A program made the translations under genes and the position numbers. The notes below the pieces were generated by a model. The model did no database searches. It was not told the DNA's origin and saw only the letters and a list, made by a program, of their open reading frames with translations. DNA of 57,760 nt, filler included, from Sphacelaria rigidula (taxonomy: Eukaryota): assembly GCA_964200075.2 (NCBI GenBank). It is 4 parts of 4 records of this genome, joined end to end, with 100 filler letters (N's around TTAATTAATTAA, not from the genome) between each part and the next. Parts side by side here need not be neighbours in the genome. Positions count along the whole stretch, not along the records: positions 43,397 to 57,760 come from CAXNAA020002291.1; 3 more parts are not named here. One strand, 5' to 3'. This document shows, one piece after another, positions 48,939 through 57,760 of this stretch (position 1 is the stretch's first letter; every line of letters starts with the position of its first letter).

Positions 48939-50486
48939 ATGATCTCAATAACTCTCGCCCCAACTTACACTGACTGTATCGCGAACTATGCCCAGGCTTT
49001 GCGAACTATGTACACGGCGCTCACTCTCGCTCTGAGCATTCTGGGAGCCCTATTTCGTTCTGGACACCAACCACGCACCGAACAAGGCAACGCTCGCCCG
49101 CTTCTCAGGGTATCTGCTTCAAGGGCACGCGTGTTGTGTCCTACATGTCACAGTGAAAATGACGAGGGATATCGGTTTTGCCAATCATGTGGCGACACGG
49201 TCTCGGATGGCCATGGCCAACACGACGATAACCTGTTACAGATAGATGAACAAGCAGTCCACAAAAGATATGTACAGTTCACAACCGCTTGGGCACAAAA
49301 AGCGTCCACTAGGAGTAGATCGGCAACATGGGAATTGTTCAGTAGGTTCCTGCGCTCGCGATCTACTCGTACGAGCACGTGTATCGAAAACGCTCAATCC
49401 CAAGACGTTGTGGAGTTTCTCTGTTGGTTGGATGCGTGTGGATCTAGAAGAAGAACGGTGGTGCATGCTAAACACTGTACCGCAGTAGGTACTACTGCTC
49501 TTTCAGCTTGCTCAACCATAGAGGGAGAGTGTGATCTCCGGTGCGCTTACGATTCTCTTCGAACGAATCACGTATCGAAATTGGCCATGGTGTTTGAAAA
49601 AGAACTGAGGATAGTTACATCGTGGAGTAGTACTTTACAGATTGGCAACCCTGTACGGAGTGAGCTCGTAACTCAGTACATGGCGTTCACTACGGCGGAA
49701 CAGAAACAGGCAGGGGTTCTCGTAAAACAAGCCCCAACAATCTTACCTAGTCATTTGGGGACCATACTCGGACCCATGCGAATGCGGCTACAAAACACCT
49801 CATCCGCAACAGAGAGAGTGTTACTAGCTCGTGACATTGCCTTTTTTACAGTGGCCTTTGGTACGACCAAGAGGGGAGCGGAGTTGACTGCGACACTGAT
49901 CCAACGCATACTCAGACTCCCAAACAAAAGCGGGCTCATGTTCAATTTTCAATGGGGAAAAACCCAACGCGACGGAGCAGATCACATCATCACGGTACCT
50001 TACGAAGATGATTATGTGGCTATTTGTCCAGTTCGGGCGGTAGAACAATGGGTAACTGTAGGAAAAAGAGTTGGATGGGACATGACATCAGGTTACTTGT
50101 TTCCAGATGTTTCCGCCAAAAAAGATGGCACGCCTACACGAGGTCGTTTGCCCGTGACAGCGTCAAAAATGTCGGCTGAATTGAAGCGATATGCCCACAC
50201 TGCAGGTGAAAATCAAGAGTTTTCCCTGCATTATTTTCGATCGGGTGGGGCGCTCACACGAGCCTTAGCAGGAGATTCTTTGTCGACAATTATGCAAAAG
50301 GCGTACTGGAAAGATCCCAAGACAGCGTGGCGGTATATGCGTTTGATCGAAGTGGTCGCCCCGGGATGTGAAGGCACGGGTATGGTCAAGGGTGTTACTG
50401 AAGAGCAATACAGAGAACTTAACGACTTCCCCCTTAGTGAACAGAGTCGTTCATGGGCAGCTTTTAGTGGAAAGCCCCTGCTTTGA
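48939..50486 (+). CDS. Tyrosine recombinase with N-terminal zinc ribbon and ALOG-like DNA-binding domain
   Basis: Open 515-aa ORF. Catalytic set R (TKRGAEL), K (GKTQR), HxxR (HYFR), W (AYWK), Y (WRYM). CPTC...CQSC zinc ribbon. DVVEFLCWLD...TVVHAKHC...C...C.LR.AYDSL...NPVRSELV..Y matches the ALOG pattern. Confidence 0.9.
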   Translation: MISITLAPTYTDCIANYAQALRTMYTALTLALSILGALFRSGHQPRTEQGNARPLLRVSASRARVLCPTCHSENDEGYRFCQSCGDTVSDGHGQHDDNLLQIDEQAVHKRYVQFTTAWAQKASTRSRSATWELFSRFLRSRSTRTSTCIENAQSQDVVEFLCWLDACGSRRRTVVHAKHCTAVGTTALSACSTIEGECDLRCAYDSLRTNHVSKLAMVFEKELRIVTSWSSTLQIGNPVRSELVTQYMAFTTAEQKQAGVLVKQAPTILPSHLGTILGPMRMRLQNTSSATERVLLARDIAFFTVAFGTTKRGAELTATLIQRILRLPNKSGLMFNFQWGKTQRDGADHIITVPYEDDYVAICPVRAVEQWVTVGKRVGWDMTSGYLFPDVSAKKDGTPTRGRLPVTASKMSAELKRYAHTAGENQEFSLHYFRSGGALTRALAGDSLSTIMQKAYWKDPKTAWRYMRLIEVVAPGCEGTGMVKGVTEEQYRELNDFPLSEQSRSWAAFSGKPLL

Positions 50487-50620
50487 TTTCATGTAATAAG
50501 GGTCTCGCTCATGAAACCACACCAGGCTCGACACGTTTATGTCTAATATTACAGTATGGGGTATATTAGAAGCCCTTCAAATGACTTCGGTCAACTAGAA
50601 AGCTTCTGGAGTAAAGGAAG

Positions 50621-51101
50621 GAGTGGATACACCGACCGTGGAAGGTGATACCACTGTTTTGACCCCATACTGTCTGAGGAGAAGAATGGACTCGAAAATA
50701 CTGGCGTATTATCAACAAAGTTATTTGATAAAGATGAAATCTTTTCAAACTACGTCATGAGATAAGAAAGGCAGGCCTGTGAGATATCAGCCACTCTCCT
50801 CACTTTCAATTTCATCCCCTGTTTTCCACAGGAAAATAGAGACAAAACAGTAATCTGTTGAGACACCACCCCCCCACCCGGCAGAATTATTTTCAGTCCA
50901 ATCGTTACTCCCAATTTATTACAGTCAGGAATAGTTAGAAGGAAGTGAGTGTTGCTTAACCGCTCATCACCAGTTTAAGCAACACTCATTCCTCTTCCTA
51001 TTCACGACGAGTGGATACACCGACCTCCGTGGAAGGTGATACCACTGTTTTGACCCCATACTGTCTAAGGAGAAGAATGGACTCGAAAATACTGACGTAT
51101 T
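50621..51101 (+). repeat. Split direct repeats (B1 50621-50710, B2 51009-51101) at the 3' end of the YR element
   Basis: gagtggatacaccgacc...gtggaaggtgataccactgttttgaccccatactgtct.aggagaagaatggactcgaaaatactg.cgtatt occurs twice, ~300 bp apart. Confidence 0.85.
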
Positions 51102-52361
51102 TTGTTACTTTGGCTGGATTTGTTCGGGGGTCAGGCAAGGGCCAAGCAAGGGTCAGATTATGTGCCCCGATCAATCAACAATCATTGAGTCCACACGTGA
51201 ATGTTGCTGTCTAAATCAACTACAGTACGTCGTAACACTGAAATTGAAACTCCCTGGTCAGGTAATTACCAATCCAACCCAATCGATATTTTCTATTTTC
51301 CCCACTTGTTGGTGTATGGGCGCGCAGCGAAGGCGACGGTATTTTCGCGCGCACCCTGCTTGATGACCAGAAGATACCGCTGTCGTCACCCTGGAGACAT
51401 GTGGCGTGCCATGCTTTCGGTTAGTCATTCGTAGCGTGTTATTTGTACGCCATGGATCAGTTTAGTGCCATCTCCTGCATGTATCATTCTCTTCCTGTTC
51501 AGCTACTGTACCATACTGTGAGGACTGCACATCGTGGTGCTGTGAAGAATGTAAGACAACCGGGGGCATGTCGAGAGAATCGTGGACTGCATGTACATCA
51601 CTGCTGACACACGGTACTGTACTGTGCGTTAATTCTGCAAGTAGTGTACGCACGGCGACGTTTGCAGCATCTCACATCTTGCACAGGCTGTACTTTTGAT
51701 GTATGGAACATGCACGGTTCATGTGGAGGAGCGTGTTGGGCAGCCAGAGCATTTCTGGCGGTATCTTCCGGATGTCTTCTGGCTGTCACGAGTAACAACA
51801 CCCCCCCCGCGCCGCCCGCCTCCCGGCCTGGACTGTACAGCAGGCGAGCGGCCATTTACCAGTTCTTCGGAATAGGATAATGCGACAGGTGAAGTTGATA
51901 AGGAGCGTGCTGCTCTCTCGCGGGGCAGCTCATGTGCCACAGCTAGGGAGTGAGTATCAATCGCACAACCTAGTCAAGCTTAGTGTCCACGTTCAGTAGG
52001 GAAAAGATTTGAATGTAACACGCGCACCTGCCGAACGCTGTGCATGTACCGATGCTGTTGAACGGAAGGGACGGTAAAGATCGAGCCGGCAACCGTGTTG
52101 AGTGTATCGAATCAATTCCAGCACGTAAGCCTGTGATCCATTTCATCGAACTTCCACCTCGCATGTCGCTCGCTCCCGACAGCCGAGGGTCGTACTATTA
52201 TACCTGTGAACGTCAACTCAGGGCGTGTGCGGGTCTGAGAAAGCTTGATATAAGTGAAGATTCGCCCCCATCTCTGCCCGTAGCAACCAGACGCAAAGGT
52301 GAATCCACAGCTCACCCTTGGCTCACCGACTGATAAGTGGGTCTTTATACTGGTGGACGCA

Positions 52362-55300
52362 ATGCGTTACTTCTTACTGAACAAACCAAGAGGTTGCATC
52401 ACATCTACTGTCGATGATGCTGGCAGAGGAAGACCGACAGTCTACGAGGTCGCCCGTGCAGCAGGTGACTCGCTATGCCCCGACGCTTACTCGACCTTAA
52501 CAGCCAAGTTTAGCCGCCGTCCCTTGTGTACACTTGTACTTCACACCTCTGCGCTGTGGTAGACCTTGTGTAATGTTTATTCCCATTAATTCAGCTGGCT
52601 CAACAGCAGCGGAAAGCGTTCGACGACAGCGTGAGGAGTCACTGGTCTGTATCCACATGAAACTTGAGCGAACGATATCCTAGCTCATGTGTGTCGCATA
52701 TGAAACTGTCAAAAAGTGCTCATCTCCCACACAAATTATGGCAATACAACTTTCGTATTGGTCATGTGTTTGTTTCCACAGTAATCGGTACAATCCTGAG
52801 ACTAGAGGTTGGCACCGGCAGCCCAGTACCGGCGAGTACCTGGTATGATATCCATTTTTTGAAGGGATTCACAGTACCTGGCACATCGTCAAAATACAGG
52901 CGGATTTCCCGCCCGGTATCGCCAGGGAATGCAAATATACTACGTTGAGTATCTTTGTCATATCGTTTGTCTACAGGCTGTCCAGGGTGAACGACCATAA
53001 ATTTATTCCCCAGCGGAAGCTCACGCCGCTTTTTCGAGTCAGACCCTGAAATTTTGCACATGGGTGCTCTAAGATATTTAGAAAGGCTATACGTATGAAT
53101 GAGGTCTTGCGATTTTTTGGGACCCCGGATACCTGGCGAAGAAAAACTCGAAGGACCCCTCTCATACAGCCCTTCCGAAAATCTCATAGCACCCGTGTGC
53201 AAAATTTCAGCGCCTGACCTTGGCCTGACTCGAAAAAATTATGTGAGCTTCCGCCCGTGGAATAATGTGAAGCTGTGTTTGTACCATTGCAATGGACGAA
53301 CTCTCCAACAATCCGCAAGGACATGGCTGACACAGTTATTCACGCCTTGTCCGGTCGGTGTCGTTTTTCGCCTTCACGTAAAGTGCTGGCAGTATCGACG
53401 GGTACCCGGGATCCGGTTTACCGCGTAATTTTTTTCGGTACACACCGAGTTTTTCTACCGAGTGCTGTACCGGCAAGTACTCGCCGGTACTTCCCGTTTT
53501 ATCTCGAAATGGCGCCTCCATATTCTAGTACCCGTTCTTATATTTTTACACCCAACACCAACCTCTACGCGAGACAGTGTGAGTCGTTTCATACCACGGC
53601 TTCCCACGAGCTAAGATCATGATGAGAATTTTCACGGTGCTATGATGTGTGAAGTATCCCTCGCTACTCGACCTCTCCAAACGGGGGCCTCGCTGATTGC
53701 AGGTACCTGTTTTGCAATTCAACTGAATTATTATACAATATGCAAACAAATGTTGGTGCCTGCATTATTGGAAAACCTCCGTTTCTTGCCATCCAAGAGA
53801 CGGCACAGATCAGGCTGCCATACACGTTCCCACTTTTTGGTGTAGCTTCAGCTGTCGTGATCTGACACGAATAACTAGGGTGTTTCAGGCAAGCTTACGG
53901 CACCAGAGAGCGCCCAGAGAGCACTGGGTCGTTACATCCGCTGTAGAGATCGATGCCGTACAGTACGTAGAGTGAAGGTTGTAAGTGTTGGCGGTGTGCA
54001 CAATATTGAAAGAACATGATTCGGGTGAACACTTGCACACGCCCGACGATTCATGACTCGTGCTGACGCGAGTCCTACGCGTCAATTCGGAAAACGAGGG
54101 CGAGGTTGACTCGAGTTCTACGAGTCATTTGTGACAGTGCGGACGACTATGACTCACTCAACCATGTAAGCCATTTGGGAATAAGGGCGAGTATAGTCTT
54201 GAGAGTTGTCTGGGTATACGAAGACAAGTATGACTCAAATTCATCACGAGTCATTATGCGAAATCCGAGACGAGTATGACTCGAAGTCATCACGAGCTCT
54301 CTGGAAAACTAGTAGACGAGTATAAGTAGATCGCATCCTCACGAATCATGAAGCAAAACGAGGGATGAGTATGAGCCGAGTCGTACGAATCATCTTGGGA
54401 GAAGGGAGGCGAGTCTGATGTGATGAAAAATAGTGAACGCGGAAAGTTGAAAGCTGCCACGACTATGAGGTCTAGTGCTTGCGAGTATGAGGCCCTGTAC
54501 CTGCGAGAACATGGTGAAATTATTTTCGGCGGAAACCTTACCCATAAGAAAATCTAGTCAACCTGTGTGTCCGTAATGCATTTCAAACGATGGTGTTTGG
54601 GGTTATTTTACCGCCCTCCGTGTCATAGTTGACACACGTATATTTGATACAATTGTGGTTTCAATCATCGCGGAATACTTTACTTTTCACGTGAGCATCT
54701 TCCGCTTGCCACTGTGCACAATAGGGAACCGACGACGGCTATTACACAGAAAGAGCAACAGCTCAAATATGGCCAGAATTGGTCTTGGCTTAATGCATGG
54801 CTCGCGTTGTACGGCAAAACGGGGACGAGTATATTATGACACGAGATATTGTAGGAAATGAGAACGCGTAGGACTATTGTAGACGCGAGTTCTTCAGTTC
54901 ATATCGGAAAATGAGGACAATTGTGGTTTCAATGATCGCGGATAATTTGGCAGAATGAGGACAAGTATGATTCAATCCGACGAGTCGTTCGAAAAACAGC
55001 CCACGAGTCGTGACTTCTCGGGCGAGTCACATGAGTCCGACTCCGATTCGTCGAGCGTGTGAGTATCAGCTTGCCCGATGTATTGTGGGTGCCTGGTCTT
55101 TGGTGCCTCTGCCACATACCAAAATGGACTCCGTTTGCCCCGCTTTTGAAAAGAACGAGTATTCATGTGATGTGAACCGATTGAGCCCATGTCCCTTTGA
55201 GACAAGCACCACAGCTCTTGCATGCACGAGATTGAAAGGATGCACATACCAAAGGGTACAGACCACACAAATTAAAGGGTGGATATCAGCTATCTTGCTC

Positions 55301-57190
55301 TATAGTGCCCGGTTATGGGCTTGGTGCTTTTGGATTTCCAGGATTGATTGTCATAGGCGTGCTTGTTTGTGTGACGGCAGGACAGGCGCAACTTATCCAC
55401 CATCCCCCAGGAGAGGTGCTTGATTGAGTGATCGATCGATTGGTTGATTGTCGCACATGAGCTGATGCCGTATCATTATTGATGATAATATCATTGTATT
55501 AGCAATAGTAGGAATTCAGCCTTGATCACAAGATAAATGTACCCCAGGTAGATGAAAACGGAAATGCTCCCTAAAGGAAGCTCAAGAAAGGGAGAAGATG
55601 AAGATGGAGAGACAGAACAGGATGAACCGAAAGTGAGAAATAGAACAAAAACAAAACGCGAACACACGCACATACTTTTACACTCACACGCAGGACAAAG
55701 AAGAAGAAAGGGAAAAAGAAAGAAGGGAAGCGAAAGAGGAACAACGCTTCACATGTCTGTACAACAGCTCACCACCGTGCCCCATAAGATTGTCCGTATT
55801 GCTCGTGGACCGACGTGAGAGCATTTTTTCTCTGAACAGAGAACCCCAATCATGGGCCGCGGGTGTGAAAAGTACAGTACTACTGTTATTTTGGTGGTGG
55901 GGCGGGGGGGGGGGGGCGTGGTTGCATCACAGGTGGAAGTCATGATGTACCACAGCGCTGCTTGCGTCGGTGTGGCCCCATTTGAATGATTGACAACCCC
56001 ATTGGAACAATTTTCGTTCCGCAATTCACGGTGGACAGTGGACAGTGATAGTACGAGTAGAACCACACTCACGAAAGCAGTTCTGTATTTTATGGCGGTC
56101 CCCGCTATGTATCTATGCAGCAATCGAAACTGTATCTGAGTTTGTGGAAGATGGGCTCCTGTCCTGCGCAGGGAACCGTTTGTCTTCAAATAATACTATG
56201 AAATAAAAAGCTCATACCTGGTATGTTGAAAAGGGATAATAATACGGCAGAACACGATCTGTGCCGCCCCCGGCCTGTGAGCTTTCGAGAGGGCTCTGGA
56301 GTTGCATCGGTTCTCTACCTAGTGCTCGTGCGCCTCGCGACACAGGTGAATATTTTGCAGAAAATCGTTTCGTCTTTGGCTCTGGGGACGAAAACGTGGG
56401 AATGATGGACCACACCAAGACTTGAGGAGATGGTAGCTGTAAACCAGGGTAGCGGTCAGAGTTGGCTTGGTATGTCGTCTCAAATACGTCCTCATCCATG
56501 TGCCGGGTTCACAACGCGGCAATGTTGGCCCAAAGCTCACTAAAACAACCACTCTGAGCAAATCATTTTGGATCTTCATTTATACAGCAGTATTTCCTCT
56601 ACGCCGATAACGAACAACGTGCTGTGATCAATCGTACTCGGTCGTGAACGATATGTACATGCAGGCATCCCTAGCTTCGGCCCAGTCGGCAGGCTAGATT
56701 TTGACACTTCCGGCGTGCTGATCTTCACGGATGATATCAAGCTGAAGAAGGCCATATCGTCGCCCTAGTGAGTGAGACGTGTAATCTGATTGTCAATTCG
56801 TATTCAAGGCTCTTACAGTTGCCCAACAAGCACAGATGAATTATTTTGGGCGCGGGGGAATCAAGTGCGGAGATCTCTTCTGGGTTGCAATGCATGCTAT
56901 ACTATTGTCGTTTGTGCATGCCCCAGCCTTAGCGCTTGCTGGTTTGCTGACACCTTCATAAGGACACGAGCATGGGTTGTATTTCCAGTGCGGACTGGCG
57001 ATGGCTCGGCCAACTGTAGCGGAAGTAGCCGTAACCATCAATTTCACCTCTTGTGTACTTCCTGGCGTATCTCTGGTCATGTGCATCTTGGAGCAGCTTC
57101 AAGGGTAAGGCGGAGGTTGGCACCGTGCCATCCATGGAGAAGGTGTACCACGCTCTCATTGCTGGGACAGTGGATCCAGACGAAGAAGCG
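52362..57190 (+). CDS. RNA pseudouridine synthase, RsuA/RluB/RluE/RluF family (partial, three exons)
   Basis: Exons 52362-52464 (MRYFLLNKPRGCITSTVDDAGRGRPTVYEVARAA), 56665-56767 (GIPSFGPVGRLDFDTSGVLIFTDDIKLKKAISSP) and 57097-57190 (YFKGKAEVGTVPSMEKVYHALIAGTVDPDEEA). GT-AG junctions are phase-compatible; LNKP, catalytic GRLD and KxY motifs are in order. The gene continues beyond the window. Confidence 0.88.
52803..53567. mobile_element. hAT-like non-autonomous element in intron 1 of the pseudouridine synthase
   Basis: TIR TAGAGGTTGG / CCAACCTCTA, subterminal GTACCGGC motifs at both ends, 8-bp flanks CCTGAGAC/CGCGAGAC (6/8). Confidence 0.7.
54050..55065. repeat. Degenerate ~46-bp minisatellite rich in GACTCG/CGAGTC motifs
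   Basis: gac(g/a)agtatgactc..a.tcatcacgag recurs at ~54223, 54269, 54315, 54364 and more loosely at ~54825-55040. Confidence 0.55.
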
Positions 57191-57760
57191 GTGAGACCTG
57201 TCACTCGTCCTCATCGAGCATATGTGGACATTGTTGGCGTAGCCAGCCTCGGACACCCGCGTTATTTCACGCGTTTTTCTGTCACTGCGGCTATTGTTAT
57301 ACGGGTACGTTTACTCGTGCCCCGTTTCGTTTAATTTCATCAACCCAGAGATTTGATTCGTGTGTGTTCGTGTGTTGAAGTCTCCGACGGGGCAGAACCG
57401 TCGTTGTTTGGAGGATAGTGTGTCGGGAACGAATATGCCGACCTTCGATACCCTGTTGTCTATCCGAGTCCATTCGACTACGGGCGAGTCTGACTGCGCA
57501 CTTCTGCCCCGAGATTTATTTTTGATCAGGTACATAAAATGAGAGAGCCGCTGCACTTCCATCGAAAGCTGGACGGACCAGGAGGTGAGGTCTTACCGTA
57601 GAGCGTGTCCACAGGGTCGAATTTTGGCTTCGACTGCGTATACAGTGTGGATGGAGCCTTTGACTGCGATACGATACAGGCAGGCGTAGAGTGATGCTAC
57701 GGCAGGGGTACAGAAATAATTTCTGAGGTTAGAATTGTTAGGAGCCCCTTATCTCATCCA

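Larger units (their letters stand above)
45118..51101 (+). mobile_element. DIRS-order (PAT-like) tyrosine-recombinase retrotransposon
   Basis: Order gag, RT-RNaseH-MT, YR, then 3' direct repeats 50621-50710 and 51009-51101. The 5' terminus is not identified and may extend to or into the gap at 43297-43396. Confidence 0.9.

Overview
Eukaryotic, repeat-dense genomic DNA, most likely from a brown alga or similar stramenopile (an inference from short exons in long GT-AG introns, TTAGGG-type repeats and the transposon types; the species cannot be determined). It contains three assembly gaps with a TTAATTAATTAA linker plus one short N-run. Two host genes are visible. The first is a minus-strand gene (~29.5-36.6 kb) built from at least nine tandem exons of 105-106 nt, each encoding one 35-aa six-cysteine module, three of them with an RGD motif. 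The second is the first three recognisable exons of an RsuA/RluE-type pseudouridine synthase (52.4-57.2 kb). Mobile DNA dominates the rest: a rearranged Ty3/Gypsy element with both LTRs and a chromodomain remnant (7184-13250); a large Ty3/Gypsy element cut off near a gap (19676-~28760); a nearly intact DIRS/PAT-like tyrosine-recombinase retrotransposon with RT-RNaseH-methyltransferase, an ALOG-like domain in the recombinase and split direct repeats (~45.1-51.1 kb); a pogo-like transposase relic; LINE 3' ends; and several MITE families, including seven copies of a TGT...ACA element carrying telomere-like repeats.
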